64,000 nt of DNA from Chryseosolibacter sp. Its GTDB lineage: Bacteria > Bacteroidota > Bacteroidia > Cytophagales > Cyclobacteriaceae. The position numbers were made by a program, and so were the translations under genes. The notes under the pieces were generated by a model that did no database searches, was not told the DNA's origin, and saw only the letters and a program-made list of their open reading frames with translations. The stretch covers positions 5,611 through 69,610 of the forward strand of contig DASPJN010000254.1 of the NCBI GenBank assembly GCA_035628595.1, written 5' to 3'. Shown here piece by piece: positions 28,437 to 38,084 of the stretch; the first letter of the stretch is position 1; every line of letters starts with the position of its first letter.

Positions 28437-29294
28437 CTATATTAGTATTAATTCAAAAAACATGTTATCGATCAATCTCACGTCGCCTACATATCCGGCG
28501 ATGCACATAATAGGCGTTGTTGATTCTGAAACGTTGCTGAGCAGATTTAAGTTTTGGCTGTCTGCTACTTCAAAATACTCGAGCCGTGTGCCTGGTATGT
28601 TTTCGACCATTTTTTTCACGTCATTTTTCACGTTCTCGAGCGAAGCTCCCGCTTTCAAATCGGTCTGTGCTTTCGTTAAAGCCTTAAAAAACACATCGGC
28701 ATGTTGCCGTTGCTCTGCATTCAGACGTAGATTCCGGGAGGAAAGCGCAAGCCCGTCCGGTTCGCGTAGCGTGGGCACACTATGCAGTTTCAGATTGAAC
28801 ATCAATTGGTTCTTCAGTTGACTGATAACAGCAAATTGTTGCCAGTCTTTTTGGCCGAAGTATGCATTATCAGGCTCAATGATATGGAAGAGCTTTGAAA
28901 CAATGATCCCGACGCCACTGAAATGTCCGGGCCTGAAATGTCCTTCCATCACTTTGTCGAGCTGACCGAAATCCATCGTTATTGTCGATTCTACCGGGTA
29001 CATCTCATGATCATCTGGACAAAACACAACATCGCATTGAACTTCCGACAGCATTTGCGTGTCTGTATCAAGCGAGCGGGGATATTTTTGCAGATCCGCC
29101 GAATTATTGAACTGGGTGGGATTTACGTAGATAGTGGCAACCGTAACATCGTTCTGGGCTTTTGAGGCTCTAATGAGCGTTAAATGCCCCTGATGCAAGG
29201 CTCCCATCGTCGGAACAAGCCCTATCGACTTACTTTGTTGCTTAATGTCCTTTAAAAAGGCCTTTAAAGGAGCTATTTGCTTGAAAATCTTCAT
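28437..29294 (-). CDS. panC: Pantoate--beta-alanine ligase
   Basis: VPTMGALHQGHLTLI, YVNPTQF and FGQKDWQQ motifs. Confidence 0.95.
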   Translation of the reverse strand: MKIFKQIAPLKAFLKDIKQQSKSIGLVPTMGALHQGHLTLIRASKAQNDVTVATIYVNPTQFNNSADLQKYPRSLDTDTQMLSEVQCDVVFCPDDHEMYPVESTITMDFGQLDKVMEGHFRPGHFSGVGIIVSKLFHIIEPDNAYFGQKDWQQFAVISQLKNQLMFNLKLHSVPTLREPDGLALSSRNLRLNAEQRQHADVFFKALTKAQTDLKAGASLENVKNDVKKMVENIPGTRLEYFEVADSQNLNLLSNVSESTTPIMCIAGYVGDVRLIDNMFFELILI

Positions 29295-29346
29295 TTTAAG
29301 CCGCTTGGCTAAGGGGTCGCAAAGATAAGTGAAAATGGAAATTAAG

Positions 29347-29377
29347 TTGAATAAGGGGGTATTTTTTTGTAATTTTG
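29347..29377 (+). promoter_or_regulatory. Candidate Bacteroidota sigma-A promoter for the glgA-like operon
   Basis: TTG (29347-29349), 20 nt spacer, TAATTTTG (29370-29377, matches TAnnTTTG), 37 nt upstream of the ATG. Confidence 0.45.
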
Positions 29378-29414
29378 TGGCTCTAAATTCCGTTCTACAT
29401 TTAAATTCAAAAAT

Positions 29415-30218
29415 ATGTCAAAAATCCGTATTCTTTATGTAGCCAGTGAGATCGACCCTTTTCTCCAAACCTCAGAGGTGGCGAACTTCGTTCGCAAGCT
29501 TCCGCAGGCGATGCAGGAAAAAGGGATGGAGATCCGCATCCTGGTTCCGCGTTTCGGAATTATAAACGAGCGCAAAAACCGGCTGCATGAAGTGGTGAGG
29601 CTGTCAGGGATAAATATTTCCGTTGGGGATGAGGAGAAGCCTCTGATTATTAAAGTAGCGTCAATTCCGAATGCCAAGTTGCAGGTCTATTTTATTGATA
29701 ACGAAGATTACTTCCACCGCAAATCTGTTTTCCACGATAAAGAGAATAACTTCTACGAAGACAATGACGAGCGCGCTATCTTCTTCTGTAAAGGCGTAAT
29801 CGAAACTGTGAAGAAACTAGGCTGGGCACCGGACATCGTTCATTGCAACGACTGGATCACAAGCTTCATCCCATTGTATTTGAAGACCACGTACAAGAAT
29901 GATCCATTGTTCAAGAATACAAAAACTGTGTTCACGATTTATGATAATTCATTCAGTCATAAATTCAACAGCACCATTCTCGACAAGGTGAAGATGATGG
30001 ATATCGAAGATAACATGCTGGGAAATTTAAAGACTGCCGATTTCGAAGGCTTTATTAAACTTGGCATGGAGTTCTCGGATGCAGTGATTGTTGCTGGTGA
30101 GAACAAAAAACTCGAAGGTCTTTTCAAGAAGATCAAAGAGAAAAAAGTGGAAACAATCGACAACAACGAAAATTACACAGAATCGTATTTCAATCTCTAT
30201 AATGAACTTGTGGGCTAA
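29415..30218 (+). CDS. Truncated glycogen/starch synthase-like protein (N-terminal GT5 half only)
   Basis: ILYVASEIDPFLQTSEVANFVRKLPQAMQEKGMEIRILVPRFG aligns with the GlgA N-terminus. The protein is 267 aa and ends before the second Rossmann domain. Confidence 0.75.
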   Translation: MSKIRILYVASEIDPFLQTSEVANFVRKLPQAMQEKGMEIRILVPRFGIINERKNRLHEVVRLSGINISVGDEEKPLIIKVASIPNAKLQVYFIDNEDYFHRKSVFHDKENNFYEDNDERAIFFCKGVIETVKKLGWAPDIVHCNDWITSFIPLYLKTTYKNDPLFKNTKTVFTIYDNSFSHKFNSTILDKVKMMDIEDNMLGNLKTADFEGFIKLGMEFSDAVIVAGENKKLEGLFKKIKEKKVETIDNNENYTESYFNLYNELVG

Positions 30219-31653
30219 GAGCTTGGGGCAATTTGCATTCATTGCAATTGCCCTATTTTTCTTCTCTTGTGAAGATGATACAATCCAGGGTTACAAAACC
30301 AATCCAAAGTTTAAGGTTTCCTACCAGGAATTTATTCTTCCGAGCAGCGTTATGTTGCTCGACTCCATCCGGACTTCTAACTACCATTTCGCCTCCGAAA
30401 GTAACCGACTACTCGTCGGCCAGTATACGGACCCTGTTTTTGGCACTGTAAAAGCAACTTTTTACAGCCAGATTTATCCGGTAAGTCCGATAGGTGTTCC
30501 TAAAAGCAGTGTTTATGATTCTGCAACGCTGGACTTAGGATTTGATCTTTATACATATGGCGGGTACAGCGTAAATTCACAGACAATCGGCATCTATAAA
30601 CTGACGGAAAATCTTTATGATGTCAACAAAGTCGATTATACTAACGAAAGTACGGTAGAGACAGCCGCAACACATCTGGCTAGCAAGATGTTTACGGTTA
30701 TTGCCCAACAGTTCGATCAGTATGTCGAACAGGATAAGGATACCACGATTATATTAAGTATAAAATTGCCGGTAGCCTTTGGCGGAGAGATCTTCAATGT
30801 TATTAAAGATTACTCTACAGGAGGGAGTGACTCTGCAGTCTTTGCGAGCCGTGACGAATTTTTAGCCCGCTTTAAAGGTTTGGCTTTTAAATCGGAAATT
30901 GGAGACAAGATCATAGGCTTTAATCCTGCCGCGTCGGCAACACGCCTTAAACTCCATTATCATACTTCCTCCGATACCACTGACTACTTGTTATCCTTTG
31001 CTAATCAGATCAGTTTTACTCAAATAGATTTTGACAGGTCTGGGTCACCGTTAGCCACAGTCGCTAATAAATACACCGAATATCTTAATGAAGATCCGTT
31101 TAGGTATATACAATCCGGCTCTGGAATGGTAACAAAGGTCGACTTAAAGCCATTTCTTGACTTTGCGGATGCGAACGAGGATATCTTATTAAATGGAGTT
31201 GAAGTTGTAGTTGAGGATGTCGCACCTTCTGTTCTGGCACCTCCAGCTTCATTGGCATTAAGGGCAATCGATCCTTTATCTAACAGGTTGAAGAAATATT
31301 CTGCGAATAGTCCGCAGGACATCGAGGATCTTGTGGCGTACGGTGGTTACTTTCTGCCAGATTTTCCGAGCAACATCACCAGCTCAGCAATTCAGATTGA
31401 ACGTGATAGCGCGTTTTATGTTGTCAATGACGCAGGTGGCTCTTCTGTCATGAGTTATGATGAATCGGAAGGTTTGTATAGCGGTTTCGTTACCAGCTTT
31501 TTTCAACAATTGACTTACAACGATGGCCGTAGTCGTCCGAGGTATTTTGTTCTTTATCCAACGTCACCTTCAGGCGCAAAGTCGGTAAATCGGGCTGTGT
31601 TTCCTGCTGATAAAATTAAGCTCAGAATCTATTATACAACCCCTCTTCAATAA
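30202..31653 (+). CDS. DUF4270 family lipoprotein
   Basis: Start set at MNLWAKSLGQFAFIAIALFFFSCEDD (lipobox). About 483 aa. I recall the position between the glgA-like gene and glmS as the usual DUF4270 context in Bacteroidota. Confidence 0.65.
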   Translation: MNLWAKSLGQFAFIAIALFFFSCEDDTIQGYKTNPKFKVSYQEFILPSSVMLLDSIRTSNYHFASESNRLLVGQYTDPVFGTVKATFYSQIYPVSPIGVPKSSVYDSATLDLGFDLYTYGGYSVNSQTIGIYKLTENLYDVNKVDYTNESTVETAATHLASKMFTVIAQQFDQYVEQDKDTTIILSIKLPVAFGGEIFNVIKDYSTGGSDSAVFASRDEFLARFKGLAFKSEIGDKIIGFNPAASATRLKLHYHTSSDTTDYLLSFANQISFTQIDFDRSGSPLATVANKYTEYLNEDPFRYIQSGSGMVTKVDLKPFLDFADANEDILLNGVEVVVEDVAPSVLAPPASLALRAIDPLSNRLKKYSANSPQDIEDLVAYGGYFLPDFPSNITSSAIQIERDSAFYVVNDAGGSSVMSYDESEGLYSGFVTSFFQQLTYNDGRSRPRYFVLYPTSPSGAKSVNRAVFPADKIKLRIYYTTPLQ

Positions 31654-31656
31654 ATT

Positions 31657-33492
31657 ATGTGTGGAATCGTTGCTTATGTTGGGCATAGACAAGCCCAGGA
31701 AGTTATTATCAAAGGACTAAAGCGCCTGGAGTACCGAGGGTATGACAGTGCTGGCATTGCTCTTTTGGATAACGGATTGAACATCTATAAGAAAAAAGGG
31801 AAAGTTTCAGACCTCGAAGCCACTTTGAGTGGCAAAAAACTCGATAGTCATATAGGAATCGGGCATACGCGTTGGGCGACTCATGGCGAACCGAATGACG
31901 TAAATGCTCACCCGCATTATTCATCCACGGGCAAGCTTGCCATTATTCACAATGGTATCATTGAAAACTATAGTTCGCTGAAGCAAGAGTTGTTGAACAA
32001 GGGTCACGAATTTCTTTCGGAAACTGACACCGAGGTCTTCATTCACTTTATCGAAGACATCAAAGAAAAGGAAGGATGTGCACTTGATGAAGCTGTCAGG
32101 CTCGCATTGACTAAGGTCGTCGGCGCTTATGCGATTGTTATCATTTCGCTTGAAGACCCGGATTTACTTGTAGCCGCTCGCAAAGGAAGCCCCTTGGTTG
32201 TCGGTGTTGGTAAAGATGAATTCTTTCTTGCTTCTGACGCGACACCAATTGTTGAGTACACAAATGAGGTGGTGTATTTAAATGACCAGGAAATCGCCGT
32301 CATCAATAATGGCCAGCTGAGCATACGCAACACGGCAAACCTTCCACTGACACCTTACATTCAGACAGTGGACCTCGAACTTGAAGCAATCGAGAAAGGT
32401 GGCTACGAGCATTTTATGCTGAAAGAAATTTTCGAGCAGCCGCGTTCCATCAGCGATTGCATGCGCGGCCGACTAGACTCACAATCCGGAAGACTGATTC
32501 TTGGAGGGCTTCGTGAATATTTAAATAAGCTTGTTAATGCTGATCGCATTCTCATTGTAGCGTGTGGTACATCGTGGCACGCAGGATTGGTGGCCGAATA
32601 CTTCTTCGAAGAATTCTGCCGCACACCGGTCGAAGTGGAGTACGCGTCGGAGTTCAGATATCGCAATCCCGTGATTCGTGAAGGTGATGTTGTCATTGCA
32701 ATTTCTCAATCGGGAGAAACTGCCGATACCCTCGCCGCTATTGAACTTGCGAAATCAAAAGGTGCAATTATTTTTGGTGTTTGTAATGTTGTCGGCTCTT
32801 CTATTCCACGCACAACCCACGCAGGCGCCTATACGCATGCTGGTCCTGAAATAGGCGTGGCAAGCACAAAAGCATTTACAGCGCAGCTTACGGTGTTGAC
32901 GATGATTGCGTTGATCGTGGCTCAGAAAAAAGGTACAATTAGCGAACAGAAGTATCACGAGCTTCTTGTTGAGATGGAGCAAATTCCATCCAAAGTCGAA
33001 AGGGCTTTAAAGCTTAATGAACAGATTGAAGAGATTGCAGCCGAATTCAAAGATTCTCGTAACTTCCTTTACCTGGGACGCGGTTATAACTTTCCGGTTG
33101 CGCTGGAAGGTGCGTTGAAGCTTAAAGAGATTTCCTACATCCATGCGGAGGGATACCCTGCTGCGGAAATGAAACATGGCCCGATTGCGCTCATCGATCG
33201 TGAAATGCCTGTAGTTTTTATTGCCACGAAGGATAGCTCTTACGAAAAGATCGTATCGAACATCCAGGAAGTTCGCGCGCGCAAAGGCAGGGTAATCTCC
33301 ATTGTAACAGAAGGTGATGCGCTTATTCCGAAGATGTCTGAGTTTACAATAGAAGTTCCTGAAGTACACGAAGCTTTGATGCCGATGGTCTCCGTGATTC
33401 CATTGCAACTCTTGTCTTATCACATCGCAGTAATGCGCGGGTGTAACGTTGACCAGCCAAGGAACCTGGCAAAGTCAGTAACAGTAGAATAA
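31657..33492 (+). CDS. glmS: Glutamine--fructose-6-phosphate aminotransferase (isomerizing)
   Basis: MCGIVAYVG N-terminal nucleophile, two SIS domains and C-terminal NLAKSVTVE. Confidence 0.95.
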   Translation: MCGIVAYVGHRQAQEVIIKGLKRLEYRGYDSAGIALLDNGLNIYKKKGKVSDLEATLSGKKLDSHIGIGHTRWATHGEPNDVNAHPHYSSTGKLAIIHNGIIENYSSLKQELLNKGHEFLSETDTEVFIHFIEDIKEKEGCALDEAVRLALTKVVGAYAIVIISLEDPDLLVAARKGSPLVVGVGKDEFFLASDATPIVEYTNEVVYLNDQEIAVINNGQLSIRNTANLPLTPYIQTVDLELEAIEKGGYEHFMLKEIFEQPRSISDCMRGRLDSQSGRLILGGLREYLNKLVNADRILIVACGTSWHAGLVAEYFFEEFCRTPVEVEYASEFRYRNPVIREGDVVIAISQSGETADTLAAIELAKSKGAIIFGVCNVVGSSIPRTTHAGAYTHAGPEIGVASTKAFTAQLTVLTMIALIVAQKKGTISEQKYHELLVEMEQIPSKVERALKLNEQIEEIAAEFKDSRNFLYLGRGYNFPVALEGALKLKEISYIHAEGYPAAEMKHGPIALIDREMPVVFIATKDSSYEKIVSNIQEVRARKGRVISIVTEGDALIPKMSEFTIEVPEVHEALMPMVSVIPLQLLSYHIAVMRGCNVDQPRNLAKSVTVE

Positions 33493-33497
33493 TATAA

Positions 33498-33521
33498 GGG
33501 ACCGCGCGGTCCCTTTTTTTT
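33498..33521 (+). terminator. Rho-independent terminator after glmS
   Basis: GGGACCGCGCGGTCCC palindromic GC-rich hairpin followed by a T8 run. Confidence 0.75.
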
Positions 33522-33529
33522 CTTCTTTA

Positions 33530-34009
33530 TCAGCGCTGCGTGGCCGGTTTCTTGATGATCTTCTTTTCAATGAACCCTTCAGATACTTTCAGCATCAGAA
33601 CAATCACGATCTTGAAGAGGATGCTATAGCCAGCGTTGTCGCCGAACATCGTGATCACTGGTTCAACGAAATATTCTTCAAGAACGAAAAGAACGATGGC
33701 GATAAAATAGATGATGGCATAAGCGCTTCGTCCAGCCTGGGCTTTTGTCAACTCATTGAGCGTCGTCTGGAGTTTGTTATTCTTTTCGAAAAGCTCTTTG
33801 TTGGTGCGATGAAGTTTTCGTTCGAGGCGACCACTGATCCACGTAAGAAACCTCGTTTGCTCTAAAAGGTGTTTGTATTTATGTGTGAGGCGCTCGAGTG
33901 CAACTTTTGTGTCATGATGGGAATAGTCATTCGAAACGATATCACGGTAGTCATTCAGGATCTTAATTTCGTTCTTAAATAACTTCTCCTCACGAGTCAT
34001 TTTGCTCAT
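33530..34009 (-). CDS. Hypothetical coiled-coil protein with C-terminal membrane anchor
   Basis: 159 aa. The N-terminal 90 aa are heptad-like (KELFEKNNKLQTTLNELTKAQ), followed by two hydrophobic helices. No known motif recognised. Confidence 0.5.
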   Translation of the reverse strand: MSKMTREEKLFKNEIKILNDYRDIVSNDYSHHDTKVALERLTHKYKHLLEQTRFLTWISGRLERKLHRTNKELFEKNNKLQTTLNELTKAQAGRSAYAIIYFIAIVLFVLEEYFVEPVITMFGDNAGYSILFKIVIVLMLKVSEGFIEKKIIKKPATQR

Positions 34010-34112
34010 AGGTACAAGGTTGGTTGGCTAAACAAATATAAAATAAACAACCAACAGCGCCTCTTATCTTTCTTGCTGAAGTGTGGTAAATATTACGCGG
34101 TAAGGAGAACAA

Positions 34113-34778
34113 TTAACCTGCCGTTTTCAGGTACTCTTTTTTCAGGAGTGGGCAGATTTTGTATCGTTCGTCACGCGTGTCGTCATAAACAGCCTCGAGA
34201 AGCTCATAGACGTGATGTACACCGATTCTCTGAGACCATTCGAAAGGCCCGAAAGGATAATTGGTACCAAGCTTCATGGCCATATCGATATCTTCACGCG
34301 ATGCGGTGCCTTCCTGTACTGTATAATAAGCTTCGTTGATGATCATACAAACAACGCGCGGTGTAACGAGGCCGACACGATCATCAACAATCATCACTTG
34401 CGTTCCCAGGTTTTCCGCAATTTTTCGTAGTTCGGGCTCATCCGTTTCTTGCCAGCAAGCGCATTCAATAAAAGCGCGGTTAATAAATGTTGGCAGCCCG
34501 TTGAAGCCGAAGACACTTCCCGTTGGCTTCTTTCCGGATAAATGGATCAATTCACTTAAGGAGATCTTGGCAGTGTTTAAAAAGGCAGGAACAGAATTGA
34601 CATAGCGTTGAAATTGGTCAGGCCGCTCCTCGATCAGGAAATCAAAAATCAAATCTGTTTTTTCGCCAACTTTTTCCGCATGACGATGGTCATTGACGAG
34701 TACGTAAGCGTGATTGTCGCCCAATTTTGCCTTTAACTCTACTGCGTGAAGTTCATTCCCAATAACCAGAATACGCAT
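34113..34778 (-). CDS. 3-hydroxyacyl-CoA dehydrogenase-like protein with degenerate NAD-binding N-terminus
   Basis: DRVGLVTPRVVCMIINEAYYTVQEGTASREDIDMAMKLGTNYPFGPFEW matches the HADH C-terminal domain. The N-terminus MRILVIGNELHAVEL lacks GxGxxG. Confidence 0.7.
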   Translation of the reverse strand: MRILVIGNELHAVELKAKLGDNHAYVLVNDHRHAEKVGEKTDLIFDFLIEERPDQFQRYVNSVPAFLNTAKISLSELIHLSGKKPTGSVFGFNGLPTFINRAFIECACWQETDEPELRKIAENLGTQVMIVDDRVGLVTPRVVCMIINEAYYTVQEGTASREDIDMAMKLGTNYPFGPFEWSQRIGVHHVYELLEAVYDDTRDERYKICPLLKKEYLKTAG

Positions 34779-34802
34779 ACTGCAATGTCTCGTTTCAAAT
34801 GT

Positions 34803-34810
34803 TAATTTTG
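34803..34810 (+). promoter_or_regulatory. Candidate -7 promoter box for ridA-gltX
   Basis: TAATTTTG matches TAnnTTTG, 31 nt upstream of the ridA ATG. Confidence 0.3.
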
Positions 34811-34841
34811 CTTCGAATTTATCGTAAACATAACTAAAATC

Positions 34842-35222
34842 ATGTCTAAAATTGTAGTTAACTCCGACAAGGCGCCAGAACCGATCGGCCCTTACAGCCA
34901 GGCAATTAAAGCTGGTAACATGTTATTTGTGAGCGGCCAGATTGCAATTGATCGCGCAACCGGCAACCTGACTACCGGTGATATATTGTCAGAAACGAAA
35001 CAGGTGATGCAGAACATTAATCATATTCTGCAAGCTGCAGGTTTCGGATTTGAGCATGTTGTGAAGACTTCCATTTTTCTAACGGACATGAACAATTTTC
35101 CAAAGGTAAATGAAGTGTACGGAAGCTTCGTAGCGGCGAATCCGCCAGCACGCGAAACTGTGGAGGTGAGCGGCCTGCCAAAGGGCGTGAATGTTGAGAT
35201 CTCCTGCATAGCGGTGAAATAG
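34842..35222 (+). CDS. ridA: RidA/YjgF family reactive-intermediate deaminase
   Basis: 126 aa with PIGPYSQAI, GQI and PARETVEV...LPKGVNVEI motifs. Confidence 0.85.
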   Translation: MSKIVVNSDKAPEPIGPYSQAIKAGNMLFVSGQIAIDRATGNLTTGDILSETKQVMQNINHILQAAGFGFEHVVKTSIFLTDMNNFPKVNEVYGSFVAANPPARETVEVSGLPKGVNVEISCIAVK

Positions 35223-35269
35223 CTACGCATCATTCGCGTTAATTTTACATTTGCATCTTGAACCAAATC

Positions 35270-36811
35270 ATGAGTCAACAAAAAGTACGCGTACGATTCG
35301 CGCCAAGTCCTACCGGAGCATTGCATATAGGTGGTGTGCGCACAGCACTTTATAATTATTTATTGGCGCGTCAGTCAGGAGGAACAATGATTCTCCGAAT
35401 TGAAGACACAGATCAGAATCGCTTCGTGCCAGGCGCGGAAGAGTACATCATTGAATCTCTTCGATGGGTGGGAATTACAATCGATGAGGGCATAGGTGTT
35501 GGTGGTCCTCATGCTCCCTACCGACAGTCGGAACGAAAAGACATCTATAAAAAATACGCGCGGCAACTAATTGCAGACGGCCACGCATACTATGCTTTCG
35601 ATACGGAAGCGGAATTGAATCAAATGCGCGAAAGCCTTAAGAGTGCCGGCGTTGCAACGCCGCAATACAACAGCATCACCCGCGTACAAATGCGGAATTC
35701 TTTGACATTGCTCGAGGAGGAAACGCAGCGATTAATTTCTACTGGTGTACCTTATGTCATTCGCCTGAAAGTTCCTCGCAAGGAGGACGTCAGATTGAAT
35801 GATCTGATACGCGGCTGGGTAATGGTTCATTCTTCACAAATTGATGACAAGGTGCTGATGAAATCGGACGGCATGCCGACATATCATCTTGCCAATGTAG
35901 TCGATGATTACCTGATGGAAATCACACACGTGATCAGAGGAGAAGAGTGGCTGCCGTCTGCACCATTGCATGTGCTGTTATATAAATTTCTGGGATGGGA
36001 ACACCGGATGCCGCAGTTTGCACACCTTCCGTTACTACTTAAACCCGATGGGAACGGTAAGCTTAGTAAACGCGATGCAGATCAACTTGGCTTCCCGATA
36101 TTTCCGCTCACATGGAAGGATCCAAATACAGGTGAAGTCGCTGCTGGATACCGTGAGTCCGGATATTTACCTGAGGCTTTAATAAACTTTCTCGCCTTCC
36201 TTGGCTGGAACCCCGGCACGACACAAGAAATTTTTTCAATGCACGAGTTGATTCGTGATTTCTCGATTGAAAGAATCGGGAAGGCCGGAACGCGTTTCGA
36301 TATTCTGAAAGCGCAATGGTACAATCAGCATTATCTACGTTCCAAAAGCGACGAACAGCTTGCAACTTTCCTCCTTGCATCTCTTGCGGAGGAAAATATT
36401 CAATGTTCGATGGAAACAGCCTTAAAGATCGGTGCCTTAATGCGCGATCGCATCACTTTTCCGAATGACATCTGGCAACAGGCTCAATATCTTTTCACAC
36501 GACCAACGCAGTTTGACGAAGCCGTCGTCGCAAAAAAATGGAATGACGATGTTGTGAAAGTACTGACGTCTTTTATTGATCAGTTGACAGATCTACAGCC
36601 AGAGAATGCGGAGGCTTATAAAGCTACACTGGAGAAAGTGACGAAGGACCTTGGCATTGGAAGCGGCAAAATTATGCAGGCGCTTCGTGTGGCTGTTACT
36701 GGCGCTGCCGGGGGGCCAGATTTAATGATTATCATGGAAATTCTTGGTAAAAATGAGGTGATTGAAAGAATTAGCTTTGCTTTGAAAACCCTCAAGGTGA
36801 AAACTGCGTAA
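35270..36811 (+). CDS. gltX: Glutamate--tRNA ligase
   Basis: RFAPSPTGALHIGGVRTAL (HIGH) and KLSKR (KMSKS). ATG at 35270 preferred over the tracked TTG at 35258. Confidence 0.95.
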   Translation: MSQQKVRVRFAPSPTGALHIGGVRTALYNYLLARQSGGTMILRIEDTDQNRFVPGAEEYIIESLRWVGITIDEGIGVGGPHAPYRQSERKDIYKKYARQLIADGHAYYAFDTEAELNQMRESLKSAGVATPQYNSITRVQMRNSLTLLEEETQRLISTGVPYVIRLKVPRKEDVRLNDLIRGWVMVHSSQIDDKVLMKSDGMPTYHLANVVDDYLMEITHVIRGEEWLPSAPLHVLLYKFLGWEHRMPQFAHLPLLLKPDGNGKLSKRDADQLGFPIFPLTWKDPNTGEVAAGYRESGYLPEALINFLAFLGWNPGTTQEIFSMHELIRDFSIERIGKAGTRFDILKAQWYNQHYLRSKSDEQLATFLLASLAEENIQCSMETALKIGALMRDRITFPNDIWQQAQYLFTRPTQFDEAVVAKKWNDDVVKVLTSFIDQLTDLQPENAEAYKATLEKVTKDLGIGSGKIMQALRVAVTGAAGGPDLMIIMEILGKNEVIERISFALKTLKVKTA

Positions 36812-36856
36812 ATAATATATATCGTAGTATTAACCTGCGACTGTAAATAAGCAGCT

Positions 36857-37075
36857 ATGAAAAACGAGGAGGAGCCAAAAAAAGAAAATAAAGCGAAACC
36901 AAAAGTTCACAAAGAGTTGCATGGTTTCGATGTGTCAATAGATTCTTTCGGAGAAATAAGGTCAAATATGGACATTGAAAAGATCAATGATTTCCTGAAC
37001 AAGAATGTAGACGACAAGAAACTTGCTGAACGTGAAGACTATGATGAGATGAAGAAAAAAGACAAGAAGAAATAA
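36857..37075 (+). CDS. Small Lys/Glu-rich hypothetical protein
   Basis: 72-aa ORF that is highly charged at both ends. Bounded by gltX upstream and a good terminator downstream. No motif recognised. Confidence 0.45.
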   Translation: MKNEEEPKKENKAKPKVHKELHGFDVSIDSFGEIRSNMDIEKINDFLNKNVDDKKLAEREDYDEMKKKDKKK

Positions 37076-37095
37076 CATAAAATAGCAGAGTATAT

Positions 37096-37131
37096 AGCCT
37101 GAAAGCCGCGTGGCTCTTCAGGCTTCTTTTT
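37096..37131 (+). terminator. Rho-independent terminator
   Basis: AGCCTGAA (37096-37103) pairs with TTCAGGCT (37117-37124), followed by TCTTTTT. Confidence 0.6.
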
Positions 37132-37154
37132 GTGACACAAACCTTAGAACCCAA

Positions 37155-37928
37155 ATGGCATCATCACACGCTATCGATTATCAGATTAAAGGAGAAAGCA
37201 TTCAGATTGTAGAAGTTGAATTGGATCCAATGGAAACGGTCATTGCCGAGGCGGGCGCAATGTTGTTTATGGAAGATGGAATAACCTTCGAATCCAAAAT
37301 GAGCGATGGATCAAACCCAAGCCAGGGTTTGTTCGACAAGCTGTTATCGGCAGGCACACGCATTCTCACAGGCGAATCGTTGTTCATGACCCACTTCACC
37401 AACCGCGGGAACAGAAAAGCGAAAGTAGGGTTTTCGGCGCCCTATCCCGGAACAATCATTCCGATGAACCTTTCAGCTTTTCCGTCACGCGATGTGATCG
37501 TTCAAAAGGATGGTTTTCTCTGTGCTGCATACGGAACAAAAGTTTCGATCACTTTCAACCGTAAAATTGGTTCAGGACTTGTGGGCGGTGAGGGCTTTAT
37601 CTTGCAAAAATTGCAGGGCGATGGCCTTGCATTTGTGCATGCAGGTGGAACGGTGATCGAGCGAACGTTGAACAATGAAACGCTTCGAGTTGACACCGGT
37701 TGTGTTGTTGCGTTTGAATCACATATTGACTTCGACGTGCAGGCTGCCGGCGGACTACGATCAATGATCTTCGGCGGCGAGGGAATGTTTCTGGCTACGC
37801 TTAGAGGCTCTGGTCGTGTGTGGTTGCAATCAATGCCGATAAGAAAACTCGTTCAGGCGCTGGCGCCCTACGGAAGGAACAGCAGTAAAGAAGGAAGCTC
37901 CGTTCTTGGAGGTCTTTTTGAAAATTAA
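37155..37928 (+). CDS. TIGR00266/AIM24 (DUF124) family protein
   Basis: [40 protein letters not shown] and [21 protein letters not shown] are typical AIM24-family strings. ATG at 37155 chosen because the tracked GTG lies inside the terminator hairpin. Confidence 0.8.
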   Translation: MASSHAIDYQIKGESIQIVEVELDPMETVIAEAGAMLFMEDGITFESKMSDGSNPSQGLFDKLLSAGTRILTGESLFMTHFTNRGNRKAKVGFSAPYPGTIIPMNLSAFPSRDVIVQKDGFLCAAYGTKVSITFNRKIGSGLVGGEGFILQKLQGDGLAFVHAGGTVIERTLNNETLRVDTGCVVAFESHIDFDVQAAGGLRSMIFGGEGMFLATLRGSGRVWLQSMPIRKLVQALAPYGRNSSKEGSSVLGGLFEN

Positions 37929-38071
37929 TCCGGTAAATGGGGCAACAGCAGCAGCGTTACGCGCAAGGCATTTACCGCGGGCTGCTGTTAAAACCCTCAT
38001 TGACGAAAGTGGACGCTCCTGTTGACTTCAAAACATTCGTTTGCATATGGCCGGTGGATGTAAAATCTCAT

Positions 38072-38079
38072 TATTTTTG
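38072..38079 (+). promoter_or_regulatory. Candidate -7 promoter box only 5 nt upstream of the ATG (leaderless mRNA implied)
   Basis: TATTTTTG matches TAnnTTTG; the ATG is at 38085. Confidence 0.35.
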
Positions 38080-38084
38080 CGCCC

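Noticed and set aside
34017-34053. 8-bp inverted repeat GTTGGTTG...CAACCAAC between two minus-strand genes.
   Set aside because: It has a 21-nt AT-rich loop and no U-tract on the transcribed strand, so it is not a convincing terminator. It could be chance.
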